NCBI GenBank assembly: GCA_965223335.1
Contig: OZ244991.1
Coordinates: 1,248,001 to 1,312,000 of the forward strand
DNA from: Thermodesulfobacteriota bacterium
Lineage (GTDB): Bacteria > Desulfobacterota_D > UBA1144 > Nemesobacterales > UBA2774
Length of the DNA stretch: 64,000 bases
Reading direction: 5' to 3'
How positions within the stretch are numbered: the first letter of the stretch is position 1; each line of letters begins with the position of its first letter. The notes below the pieces were generated by a model. It had not been told where the DNA came from, searched no databases, and worked only from the letters and a program-made list of their open reading frames with translations. Positions 29,352-38,715 of the stretch are shown in pieces. Position numbers and translations under genes: made by a program.

Positions 29352-31070
29352 ATGGCGAAAACTAAATCGGCGAAAAAACCAAAGGATTTACGTCACCCCA
29401 TAACCTATAAACGAGAGAACGGGAAGTTTGATGTCGAGTGGTACCTAAAGCAGGATAGACATAACTGGGTTTTGCCCAAGGTGCTTCGTGTACAGGCAAA
29501 AAAGCTGGGCAAGAAACCTTTTTTACAGTTCGGTTACAAAAAACCACTCAGCTTTTATCAGACAAACCAGCTTGCCAATAAGATAGCAAACGGGCTGCTT
29601 GGACTCGGGTTAGAGAAAGGAGACAAGGTCGCCGTCTATATGCCCAACTCGGACGACTACGTGATTACGTGGTTTGGGATCCTAAAAATGGGTGCTGTGA
29701 TGGTGCCTATAAACACTGCCTACAAGATGGACTTTCTGCAGTACATAATAGACAGCTCTGATTCAAAGGTGCTGTTTATCGCCGAGGAGTACCTGGACCG
29801 GATGCCCCCGATTGCTAAAAAGCTGCCTCAGTTAAAGCATGTGGTGGTGTGGACGCGTAGCGGTGACACCAAGTTTAATCGCCATGGCTATAATTTTAAG
29901 AAGATGGTTTCTTACACAAAGTTTGTCGACTCTCAAAAAAGCGCCGAACCCCCAGTAGATATTACATTTATGGACTATGCAAGGCTTATGTACACCTCGG
30001 GCACAACAGGGCGGTCCAAGGGAGTGGTAAGGCCCTGTGCCGCAGACTATAGCAGTGCAAGGAACTATGCCGAGATAATGGACGTGGGGCCCGATGATGT
30101 GTGTTTTACTTGTCTGCCGCTCTTTCACTCAAACGCAATGGTAATGACCGTATACCCAGCACTCATTAAAGGGGCCAAGGCCTTGGTCGAGGAGCGGTAC
30201 AGCGCCAGTAAGTTTTGGAAGTGGATAAAGGACCATGGGGTTACCAAGTTCAATATTGTAGGGAGCATGGCGTACTTTATGTGGAACACCCCCCCGGTGG
30301 AAGAGGAAAAGACACACAACGTAAAACTGGTTTTGGGCTCGCCCGCCCCCCACGATATAATCGAGGATTTTATGAAGAGGTTTAACATCAAGTTTATGGA
30401 GGGCTACGGACTCACAGAGATCGGGCAGTGTACTTGGATGCGCCCCGGCGAGCCGTTTAGGGTGGGGTCGTGTGGTAAGGAAGCCCCGGGTTATGAGATA
30501 AAAGTGACTGACCCGGAAACAGACGAAGAGGTCGCGAGGGGGGAGATCGGGGAAATTGTGGTAAGGCCTAGGATTCCCAACATAATGCTCCATTACTATC
30601 ATAAGATGCCCGAGAAGACAGTGCAGGATTTTAGAAACTTCTGGTTCCATACCGGTGACGCCGGGCGTATGGACAAGCAGGGTTATATATATTTTGTAGA
30701 CAGGGTCAAGGACTATATACGTCGGCGCGGCGAAAATATAAGTTCTTTTGAGGTCGAGAAGATTGTAAACTCCCACCCTGATGTAGCGGAGTCGGGTACT
30801 GTTGGGGTTAAGGCAGAGGGTGGGGGATATGCCGAGGACGAGGTCATGATCGTCGTTGTACCCGAAAAAGGCAGGAAAATAGACCCGGTTAAGCTCATGA
30901 AGTACCTAGAACCCAAGATGCCCCATTTCATGCTGCCTAGGTTTATCAGGTTTGAAAAATCACTACCTAAGACTGGCACGCAGCGTGTGCAGAAAAACAA
31001 GCTCAGGGAAAAGGGGATTACCAAAGACACATGGGACAGGGAAAAGGCCGGTTACAAGATAAAGCGCTAG
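29352..31070 (+). CDS. Acyl-CoA ligase, CaiC/crotonobetaine-CoA-ligase-like
   Basis: YTSGTTGRSKG, PLFHSNA, GYGLTE, WFHTGD, DRVKDYIRRRGENISSFEVE. Confidence 0.88.
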   Translation: MAKTKSAKKPKDLRHPITYKRENGKFDVEWYLKQDRHNWVLPKVLRVQAKKLGKKPFLQFGYKKPLSFYQTNQLANKIANGLLGLGLEKGDKVAVYMPNSDDYVITWFGILKMGAVMVPINTAYKMDFLQYIIDSSDSKVLFIAEEYLDRMPPIAKKLPQLKHVVVWTRSGDTKFNRHGYNFKKMVSYTKFVDSQKSAEPPVDITFMDYARLMYTSGTTGRSKGVVRPCAADYSSARNYAEIMDVGPDDVCFTCLPLFHSNAMVMTVYPALIKGAKALVEERYSASKFWKWIKDHGVTKFNIVGSMAYFMWNTPPVEEEKTHNVKLVLGSPAPHDIIEDFMKRFNIKFMEGYGLTEIGQCTWMRPGEPFRVGSCGKEAPGYEIKVTDPETDEEVARGEIGEIVVRPRIPNIMLHYYHKMPEKTVQDFRNFWFHTGDAGRMDKQGYIYFVDRVKDYIRRRGENISSFEVEKIVNSHPDVAESGTVGVKAEGGGYAEDEVMIVVVPEKGRKIDPVKLMKYLEPKMPHFMLPRFIRFEKSLPKTGTQRVQKNKLREKGITKDTWDREKAGYKIKR

Positions 31071-31789
31071 TTTTTAAGCTCGGAGTTCTGTGAAACCGGG
31101 TCTAAGTGGTTTATTACTATCATCTCCGTGGCGTTTCGCAGAAACTCAAAGTTTGTGTTTGTGAGCTGGATTTGTAAGTTCGCTAAGTCACGATCCTGTA
31201 TAAGTCGGTCGACATAGTTAGACCGTATACCCTGAAGATTAACTATGGGATATATTCTGATCTCTCTACTTGTTATACGTAGCAGTTCCAAAACACTTCG
31301 CTTGTGAAAATCATAGTCCAGGTCATCTTCGTATAGAAAAAGCAGGTGAGAGACCAGTGTTATTGTATAGGTCTTTTTGCATAGCCCTGTGTCGGGAAGT
31401 GAAGAATTAATATAGTTGGCAGGTTCGTCTCTATAATGCTCCAGAAACAGTCTACGCGCATCCCGGCGATATTCCCCGAGCTTATCTAAGTTTTTATAAA
31501 AGCCCCAGTTGTACATGTGTTTGAGACTCGACATCTGGGCCATCACGTTTATTAGGTCGGTTTTGCTCTTATCCTTAATTTTATTCATGGGGTGGGCATA
31601 TATGGGGTCAAGTGCTGTAGCGTTAAGCCCCTGTGCCCGGGCTTCGGCACAGAAAGAGCTTACCCCGGCACCTACGTCTAGAATTTTTTCGCCCTCTAAT
31701 TCATCTGTGTTGAGTCCGAAGAACCACGAGTATTCCGAGTAGGTTCTGCCGATGAGCGCAACATCATCAAGCACAAGCGCATCTCTCAT
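31067..31789 (-). CDS. Class I SAM-dependent methyltransferase (uncharacterised family)
   Basis: GRTYSEY..FF, ILDVGAGVSSFCAE, SHLLFLY, EIRIYP. Start trimmed to MRDALV (31789) because the longer ORF overlaps the channel gene. Confidence 0.75.
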   Translation of the reverse strand: MRDALVLDDVALIGRTYSEYSWFFGLNTDELEGEKILDVGAGVSSFCAEARAQGLNATALDPIYAHPMNKIKDKSKTDLINVMAQMSSLKHMYNWGFYKNLDKLGEYRRDARRLFLEHYRDEPANYINSSLPDTGLCKKTYTITLVSHLLFLYEDDLDYDFHKRSVLELLRITSREIRIYPIVNLQGIRSNYVDRLIQDRDLANLQIQLTNTNFEFLRNATEMIVINHLDPVSQNSELKN

Positions 31790-31928
31790 GATTCGTTCGA
31801 TTATGAGCAATATTATGTAAAACTCAACTGAAACGTATCGCGTGTGTTTCTTTTCGCATGAACAAATAAGTTGTATAATCAGCCAGAGTTTATTACTTAG
31901 TTTTATTACTTGGGGGGAGGTAATAGAT

Positions 31929-32615
31929 ATGAAACTGGAAAATGAAAAGGGGTTGAAATACATATTGTATACATCCACAAAATATAAAATGTTCAATTTT
32001 ATGATCTCCATAATGCTGCTGCTAATACTGTCTTCATTCGTGGACCGGACCACATATGGGTTCATTGTATTAAATGTCATAAGCAGCATTGTGTTTATAT
32101 TCGGTGTGTATGCTGTAGCCAAGTCTCGCAGGAGTTTGATTATTCTGCTTGTACTTGGTGTGCCCTGGTTGGTATCGGAATGGTTCTTCACCAGGTCGTC
32201 AGAAACAATATTTGTGGGTGTTCTGTTTTTTCTCTATGTTACCGTCACAATACTCGATCATATACTAAAAACAGAAGAGGTTACTGCCGATACTCTGTAT
32301 GGGGCAGTGTGCGTCTATCTGCTGCTCGGAATATTATGGGCAACGGTTTACTTGTTTATAGATTACCTTACCCCGGAGCCGCTGTTTATGGGCTCAGCAG
32401 TCACAAGCGGTGAGTCTGTGTATGCAAAGGACCTGCTCTACTATAGCTATACTACACTTACAACACTGGGTTATGGAGATATAACATCCGTCTCCCCGGA
32501 AGCACGGATAATATCGGTTCTGGAAGCGATTATAGGTCAGTTGTACATCGCATTTCTCGTTGCAAGGTTTGTTAGTATCTATACTGCAAATGCAATGCGT
32601 AAGGGTGTAAGCTAA
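31929..32615 (+). CDS. Potassium-channel-family (Ion_trans_2) membrane protein
   Basis: YYSYTTLTTLGYGDI selectivity filter; EAIIGQLYIA; GGAGG RBS before ATG 31929. Confidence 0.85.
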   Translation: MKLENEKGLKYILYTSTKYKMFNFMISIMLLLILSSFVDRTTYGFIVLNVISSIVFIFGVYAVAKSRRSLIILLVLGVPWLVSEWFFTRSSETIFVGVLFFLYVTVTILDHILKTEEVTADTLYGAVCVYLLLGILWATVYLFIDYLTPEPLFMGSAVTSGESVYAKDLLYYSYTTLTTLGYGDITSVSPEARIISVLEAIIGQLYIAFLVARFVSIYTANAMRKGVS

Positions 32616-32618
32616 GAG

Positions 32619-33215
32619 CTATTGTTGTATCAAGCCGTATCCGAAGAGCAGGTAGTTGAGTTTCACAATCCAGGCCGATATGATCACGAGCCAAAACACA
32701 GGTAGAGGGAACTGTTTTACACCACAGGCGGCGAACATGAAGTCAAAGGGTATGGGGGAGGCCGTGCCCAAAAACAGTATTAGGCTAACTACATGCATCG
32801 ACCGGCCCTCGGTCCATTTGTGGTTCTCTATGTTGGGGAAGTGTCTTTTTACGAATTGTGTTCTGCCGAAGTACCTGCCAAGCATATATGTTAATGTACC
32901 GCCGGTTGCGGCACCCGTGGCCATGATAATGACGAGTCTTACCTTCTCGTACCCGAGCATTGTACCGAAGATCGCATAGACCCAAACAGGTAGTGCTATA
33001 GGAGTGCTGCTGATAGAGGTCATCAGATAAAGAAATATATCGAACCTCTCCTGCCCGTACTTATGGAACAGCATCTCACCCAAGCGGAGGGCATCCTGGC
33101 GGAAGTAAAGGGGGACGAATATACTCGCAGCAATCAATAATACGGTAAAGAGCACACCGTAGCTTAGCGAGTTTTTGATATATCCCAGACCGTTAACTGT
33201 TTTTTTGATGAGCAT
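32619..33215 (-). CDS. DedA/VTT-like membrane protein
   Basis: GAATGGTLTYMLGRYFG and SPIPFD...ACG pattern; several hydrophobic segments. Confidence 0.65.
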   Translation of the reverse strand: MLIKKTVNGLGYIKNSLSYGVLFTVLLIAASIFVPLYFRQDALRLGEMLFHKYGQERFDIFLYLMTSISSTPIALPVWVYAIFGTMLGYEKVRLVIIMATGAATGGTLTYMLGRYFGRTQFVKRHFPNIENHKWTEGRSMHVVSLILFLGTASPIPFDFMFAACGVKQFPLPVFWLVIISAWIVKLNYLLFGYGLIQQ

Positions 33216-33354
33216 TTGATAGGCTTAAATAAACGCATAGCAATATATCATATTATGGAATTTTATTATACTCAGAGGTAATTGTAGGAATAGTTGAGAT
33301 GATATTATTTTTTTGAATTAAGCAGTGAAAATAGACTTGTTGTAATGGTTGTTA

Positions 33355-34500
33355 TTAAGATTGCAGCGTGTTACATGCAGACCTTATAATATCGACTGCA
33401 GTGTCTACCTCTTCTACGGTGTTTTCGACTGAGAAGCTAAACCTGATACTAGAGTAGGCCTGCTCGTCTGTAAGGCCCATGGCCTTTAGCACATAAGACG
33501 GGGCGACCTCGAAGTTGGTGCATGCCGAGCTTTGCGAGCACCTTACCCCTTTTTCATCGAGTATCTTTATAAGCAGTTTCCCGTCAATGCCCTCGAACCG
33601 TATATTGGTTGTGTTGCAAACCCTGTTCTTTGTATCGCCGTTTACTACGGTGCCGGGTATGAAATCGAGCACCATGGACTCAAAACGGTTTCTTAGTTCT
33701 CGCATCGATGCGATGAGCCGGGTTATATCTCTTTTGCGAATCTCTGCGGCTTTTCCCATACCCACGATCCCAGGGACGTTCTCTGTGCTAGGACGAAAGC
33801 CCTCTTCCTGGAACCCGCCGAACATCATGGGTGCAAGCTGGTACTTCTCCTTACACGCAATCGAGCCTATGCCCTGAGGGGAATGGAATTTGTGTCCCGT
33901 AACAGACATAAGGTCTATGGGGAGGGTGCTTATATCCATCTCGATTTTACCGACGGCCTGTGCGGCGTCGGTGTGAAACATAATATTGTTATCCTTGCAG
34001 ATTTGCCCAATGGTCTGGATCGGCTGGATCACACCGGTTTCGTTATTAACCCATTGTACGGACACGAGTACAGTGTCTTTGTTTATAGCGTCTTCTAATT
34101 CGTTTAGGTCCAGGTGGCCTTTGTGGTCTACGCCTATTATCGCGATATCTACACCGTTTAGATCTAGGTAGCTGCACATTTTTTGGATTGACGAGTGCTC
34201 GACCGAGGTTGTGATGACCCTGCAGTTGTTGTTCTTGGCCCTTGTGCACGAGTAAAATGCCATGTTGTTGGCTTCTGTGCCCGAGCTTGTAAACACTATG
34301 TTTCTCGGATTCCGGACACCGATCAGCTCTGCGAGTGAGCGGCGGGCCTCGCGTATAAAGCCACGAGCACGCTCGCCAGTGGAATGAGCGCTCGAGGGGT
34401 TTCCAAACTCGTCTCCGAGTACCCTAAGCATTGCCTCCCTAACCTCTGGAAGGGGCCTTGTGGTCGCATTGTTGTCGAAATATATCTCGGTGTGTTCCAT
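33355..34500 (-). CDS. Group I (IscS/NifS-like) PLP-dependent cysteine desulfurase, divergent motifs
   Basis: IYFDNNATT, GNPSSAH, FTSSGTEANN, NNETG, HTDAAQAVGK, GHKF, SQSSACT. Confidence 0.88.
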   Translation of the reverse strand: MEHTEIYFDNNATTRPLPEVREAMLRVLGDEFGNPSSAHSTGERARGFIREARRSLAELIGVRNPRNIVFTSSGTEANNMAFYSCTRAKNNNCRVITTSVEHSSIQKMCSYLDLNGVDIAIIGVDHKGHLDLNELEDAINKDTVLVSVQWVNNETGVIQPIQTIGQICKDNNIMFHTDAAQAVGKIEMDISTLPIDLMSVTGHKFHSPQGIGSIACKEKYQLAPMMFGGFQEEGFRPSTENVPGIVGMGKAAEIRKRDITRLIASMRELRNRFESMVLDFIPGTVVNGDTKNRVCNTTNIRFEGIDGKLLIKILDEKGVRCSQSSACTNFEVAPSYVLKAMGLTDEQAYSSIRFSFSVENTVEEVDTAVDIIRSACNTLQS

Positions 34501-34560
34501 AACCCAAACCTGACTCCATTATAATACACGATTTGTAGTATATATATGTATTAGATGGGG

Positions 34561-34953
34561 CTAGTTAGTGGTGCTGTCGTACTCTTTTTGAGTCATGATT
34601 GTTATGCAGGGCCTGTCATCGTCCTGAGTTAGGGGGCCCAGGTACGATAGCAACTGAACCTCTTCGGGTTTATTATCCTTAGCGAACTGTACGGGGAAAA
34701 ATATTAAGTTCGATGTGCTTGTCTGGCGGTGCACCCTTATGAAATATTGCAGTCTGTCTATAATGGTTCTAACACGCTTTTTTTCATGTTCCTCATCATC
34801 CTGCTCTTGGGTGTCTGAGGCGACCCAGTTGGTCCATATCTCCTCTGTTAGGTATACGGGAATCAGCAGTCCTGCCTCTCTGGCAACATTCGTAACGTCT
34901 TTAAGCCTTGTTGTGACGACTCTGTCGTCTTTTTCGTTGTTTTCTTTGTTCAT
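34561..34953 (-). CDS. Hypothetical protein resembling DUF6573
   Basis: DVT.VAREAG..IPV.LT...W...V, E..R, GP....D.P.ITIM...E match my recollection of the family; GGGAG RBS. Confidence 0.45.
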   Translation of the reverse strand: MNKENNEKDDRVVTTRLKDVTNVAREAGLLIPVYLTEEIWTNWVASDTQEQDDEEHEKKRVRTIIDRLQYFIRVHRQTSTSNLIFFPVQFAKDNKPEEVQLLSYLGPLTQDDDRPCITIMTQKEYDSTTN

Positions 34954-34974
34954 GATATTCTCCCAATTAATTTT

Positions 34975-36450
34975 TTAGCTGTCAGGTACAAGCGCAATAA
35001 TCCTAAGCGGCCCACCGCTGCCTCCCTTTATTTTCATGGGCAGTGCGATAACCAGGGCCCCTTTTGCGGGCAGTAAATCAAGATTATTTACGTTTTCAAA
35101 GGCCGGGATGTTGGCTTCGAAAAGGATCTGGTGAGTCTCAAAGAGTACGGACTGGCCGTAGTCAATGCTCGGGGTGTCGAGCCCCACAGCCCCTATCTTT
35201 CTTTCACTCACCAACCACTCGGCAGCCTCGGGCGATAGCCCTGGGAAATGCAGGTCCCCGACCGCATCGGGGCCGCGTTTATCCGTGCCCATATATTTTA
35301 CTCTATCGGGCCAGTAGCGTGCAGAACCGGTATTTAGCAGTAAAATGGCACCGTCTGGGATCTGGCCGTGCACTGCTTCCCAGTCCATAAGGTCCTTTGC
35401 ACTGACCTCGTAATCGCGATTGGAGAGGGAAGTGTTAGATACATCGACCACAACCGCCGGCCCTAACATATTCTCAATCGGGATCTGGTCGACGCTCTGT
35501 TTACCCTCTGCAAAGTGTACGGGGGCGTCGATGTGTGTACCGCCGTGCTCGGCAGCAGAGAAGTTATATGCAGAGTAAAAATAACCCTTATCGGTTACAC
35601 CGTCGAAAACGGTCTGCTTTTTAAACTCCTCGGCTGTAGGCCAGTACACAGTGTCTTTGGAAAAATTGTGTGACATGTCTATCCACTTGCCAGAGGGGAA
35701 CTTTAACTTGCCGGTCTTAAATACTGCCGACTCATAGTCTTTTGTGGCTTGAAGGCTTATATCTATATTTCTGCTTATGTCCACACCTACCTCTGCCTCT
35801 TTGATATCACAGTCCAATACGTGCCCGCCCGTGGTCTTGTCTGTTGTAATGTAGTGAAAGTGGAACCCGGTGGTGTTTATATCCTTCATAAACCCAGGCA
35901 TCCAGTACCCGACCATAGTACCGGTGGTGTCGTTGAACTCGAACTTATGTTCCTCTTTTATTACATCGCCAAGCGACGGGTAGGGAGTCTGTTGTGCGGG
36001 CACACTGCGTGCGTGTACAAAGTTGAATATGCCTTTGACCATTATGGCATAGGGCAGGTTGGCTGAGGGTAGTTCGGATTGTACAAGTTTATAGAGCTGG
36101 TCGCAGCTTGTCGGTTTGTCTATTTTGAGAGTTTGGTCGGGATTAAAAAACGTTACGACTGCAAAGGGGGTTTTGGTGTTGTCCTCGACTATGTGCATTT
36201 TGCCGTCTGAGGTGACTTGATAGAAAATGCCGTCTAGTCCTACGAGTTCCCCGTCGAGTTTGTTCAGCGTGCCTAGTCCGAAATCCCCATGAGTTTTTAG
36301 TTCGCCAAACGTCATATTGCCGTCATATAAACCGTGTTTAAGTGCTGTGATTGTAGAGGTCTGGAATATCGAGTCTTTGTCTGCTGCACCTGCTTCCAGA
36401 ACACTAAGCGTCAAATAAAATCCAAACATGACAATAAAAATTAATCTCAT
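34975..36450 (-). CDS. Exported fusion: acetolactate-decarboxylase domain plus cyclase-family (kynurenine formamidase/isatin hydrolase-like) metal hydrolase
   Basis: Signal peptide; HGDFGLGT..LDGE, RSVP, GFHFH...GGHVLD (ALDC); AAEHGGTHIDAPVHF, HFPG, DTPSID, EN, PMKI.GGSGGPLR (cyclase). Confidence 0.85.
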   Translation of the reverse strand: MRLIFIVMFGFYLTLSVLEAGAADKDSIFQTSTITALKHGLYDGNMTFGELKTHGDFGLGTLNKLDGELVGLDGIFYQVTSDGKMHIVEDNTKTPFAVVTFFNPDQTLKIDKPTSCDQLYKLVQSELPSANLPYAIMVKGIFNFVHARSVPAQQTPYPSLGDVIKEEHKFEFNDTTGTMVGYWMPGFMKDINTTGFHFHYITTDKTTGGHVLDCDIKEAEVGVDISRNIDISLQATKDYESAVFKTGKLKFPSGKWIDMSHNFSKDTVYWPTAEEFKKQTVFDGVTDKGYFYSAYNFSAAEHGGTHIDAPVHFAEGKQSVDQIPIENMLGPAVVVDVSNTSLSNRDYEVSAKDLMDWEAVHGQIPDGAILLLNTGSARYWPDRVKYMGTDKRGPDAVGDLHFPGLSPEAAEWLVSERKIGAVGLDTPSIDYGQSVLFETHQILFEANIPAFENVNNLDLLPAKGALVIALPMKIKGGSGGPLRIIALVPDS

Positions 36451-36468
36451 GGTTTCTGCTCCCCCTGA

Positions 36469-37008
36469 CTAGTTGTCCCCGGTCTCGTGTGTTATTCTTA
36501 CGTACTCTTTATCTGTAACTATATCCGAGTTGTCATCTATGCGGTCCAAAAACACAATCCCCTCGATATGATCGAATTCGTGTTGGAAGATGCGTGCTAT
36601 AAACCCCTCGAATTCGTCTTCTATGGACTCACCATCCAGGGTCTCGTACTTTGCTCTGATCGAAGTGAATCTGGGCACGAGTGCTCGGATACCCGGGATA
36701 CTTAAACAGCCCTCCCAGTCTTTTACCAATTCTTCTGAGTACGAGATGATTTCGGGGTTAATAATGGCTGTGGGTTCCATCTCGGGTGCGTTTGGATAGC
36801 GCTCATTAGGATTGGATGAGATGATGAATACTCTCTTGGACTGATAGACCTGAGGTGCTGCAATTCCCACACCGTTATTGTGCTCAGCGGTTACAATCAT
36901 GTCCTGTATGAGCTCGGCTAATTCCGGGTCACCTGTGTCGTGTACCTGCTTTGCTTTATCGCGTAACACAGGGTGGCCGAGCTCGGCTATTTCTAGAATC
37001 TTCGGCAT
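36469..37008 (-). CDS. def: Peptide deformylase
   Basis: GVGIAAPQ, EGCLSIP, QHEFDH motifs. Start placed at MPKILE (37008). Confidence 0.95.
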   Translation of the reverse strand: MPKILEIAELGHPVLRDKAKQVHDTGDPELAELIQDMIVTAEHNNGVGIAAPQVYQSKRVFIISSNPNERYPNAPEMEPTAIINPEIISYSEELVKDWEGCLSIPGIRALVPRFTSIRAKYETLDGESIEDEFEGFIARIFQHEFDHIEGIVFLDRIDDNSDIVTDKEYVRITHETGDN

Positions 37009-37108
37009 AGTTATAGTCGATCTGATGCGTTGCAACTGACGTTGCTAAAATGCATAGATGAATAGATGGAGTTATTATAATCTAATATCAGATTAACCAG
37101 AAGTAATT

Positions 37109-38626
37109 ATGAACATAGATAACCCGTGTTCGGGCATAGAGATAGTTGATAGGGGTTTTGATGTAAGAAATCGCATAGCGCTTGTGGATGGGGCGGGAGA
37201 ATATAGCTATGCCGAGCTCCTGGATTCATCCTTAAAAATTGCGTGTGCCTTACTCGATCAAGAGCAAGACTTAAACGGCAGCAGGGTCGCGTTTATAGTG
37301 CCCCCGAGCTTTCAATATGCCGCGGTGCTCTGGGGTATATGGCGCGCAGGAGGGGTTGCGGTGCCCCTTTGCGTTACACACCCGGACCCTGAGCTCGACT
37401 ATGTAATAAGGGACTCAGATGCAGACTGCGTGATTGCAAGCGGGGAGTATTATGCGCGCATAAAGAGCATCGTAAAAGGCCGCCGTGTGCTTGAGTCCGA
37501 TCATCTCGATAAGCCCGTTGCTATAGCAACCGAGCTTCCCCAAATAAACCAATGCCGAAGCGCCCTCATCATATACACCAGCGGGACTACGGCACAGCCC
37601 AAGGGAGTTGTATCCACCCACCAGATAATAAAGGCACAGGTGCTTGCACTTGTGGAGGCCTGGGGTTGGGCCGAGCACGATTATATACTCAACACTCTTC
37701 CTCTACATCACCTGCACGGGATCGTAAACGCCTTCCTATGTGCAATGTGGTCGGGTGCCAAGTGTGAGTTTCTTCCAAGGTTCGATGCCCAGGAGGTATG
37801 GTCCAGGTTTGTTGACTGCAACTACACGCTGTATATGGCTGTGCCCACAATCTACTCGAAATTAATTGAGGTTTGGGAGGGGGCATCACCAGACAACCAA
37901 GAGTTAATGAGTAAGGCGTGCGGGCGTATGCGAGTGATGATCTCGGGGTCGGCTGCACTGCCCGTAAGCACTTTAGAGCGATGGGAAGAGATTAGTGGGC
38001 AGGTGTTGTTGGAGCGATACGGGATGACTGAAATCGGGATAGTCCTCTCTAACCCTTTAGTGGGTAAAAGGGTGGCGGGCCATGTGGGTAAGCCGCTAAG
38101 AGGCGTGCTGGTAAAAATTGTGGACGATAAATATGCAGAGGTCAGCGGTACTGAGCCCGGTGAGCTATTGGTAAAAAGTCCCACAGTGTTCCTTAAGTAC
38201 TGGCAGAAGCCCGATGCGTCAAGTGATGCGTTTACAGAGGACGGATGGTTTAAGACCGGGGACATTGCTGCAGAAAATGAGGATGGGGATTACAAGATAC
38301 TTGGCAGAAGCTCGGTAGATATCATTAAAACAGGTGGTTATAAAGTCTCGGCGCTTGAGATCGAGGATGTTTTACGACACCACCCGGCAATTAGCGAGTG
38401 TGCTGTGGTTGGTATTCCCGACGACACATGGGGCGAGGTTGTTTGCGCGGCATTGTTTTTGAATCCCGACCGAACTGTTTCACCAAAGGCCCTTGGGGAC
38501 TGGTGCAAGGAGAGAATTGCATCGTACAAAATCCCAAGATTCATAAGGGTTGTGGAGAGCCTGCCCAAAAACGCCATGGGTAAGGTTACGAAACCAAGTC
38601 TCAAAAAGTTGTTCGATAACGAATAA
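37109..38626 (+). CDS. Acyl-CoA synthetase, MatB/ACSF3 (malonyl-CoA synthetase)-like
   Basis: YTSGTT..PKG, LPLHHLHG, MAVPTIY, SGSAAL, LERYGMTE, IIKTGGYKVSALEIE, PKNAMGKV. Confidence 0.85.
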   Translation: MNIDNPCSGIEIVDRGFDVRNRIALVDGAGEYSYAELLDSSLKIACALLDQEQDLNGSRVAFIVPPSFQYAAVLWGIWRAGGVAVPLCVTHPDPELDYVIRDSDADCVIASGEYYARIKSIVKGRRVLESDHLDKPVAIATELPQINQCRSALIIYTSGTTAQPKGVVSTHQIIKAQVLALVEAWGWAEHDYILNTLPLHHLHGIVNAFLCAMWSGAKCEFLPRFDAQEVWSRFVDCNYTLYMAVPTIYSKLIEVWEGASPDNQELMSKACGRMRVMISGSAALPVSTLERWEEISGQVLLERYGMTEIGIVLSNPLVGKRVAGHVGKPLRGVLVKIVDDKYAEVSGTEPGELLVKSPTVFLKYWQKPDASSDAFTEDGWFKTGDIAAENEDGDYKILGRSSVDIIKTGGYKVSALEIEDVLRHHPAISECAVVGIPDDTWGEVVCAALFLNPDRTVSPKALGDWCKERIASYKIPRFIRVVESLPKNAMGKVTKPSLKKLFDNE

Positions 38627-38715
38627 TTGTGTCAATACAGGACTATACGCAGCATCCGGACCTGGGGCTGCGACGCTCAGTTGAAATTGGATTCGGGATA
38701 ATGCAGTCTATTAAT

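Noticed and set aside
30129..30776. 215-aa minus-strand ORF
   Set aside because: Antisense to the well-supported acyl-CoA ligase.
31790..32191. 134-aa N-terminal extension of the methyltransferase ORF in the track
   Set aside because: It lies antisense to the potassium-channel gene and shows no methyltransferase similarity; the real start is probably 31789.
33355..34500. Possible DndA of a DNA phosphorothioation system
   Set aside because: No dndBCDE or ssp genes in the window.
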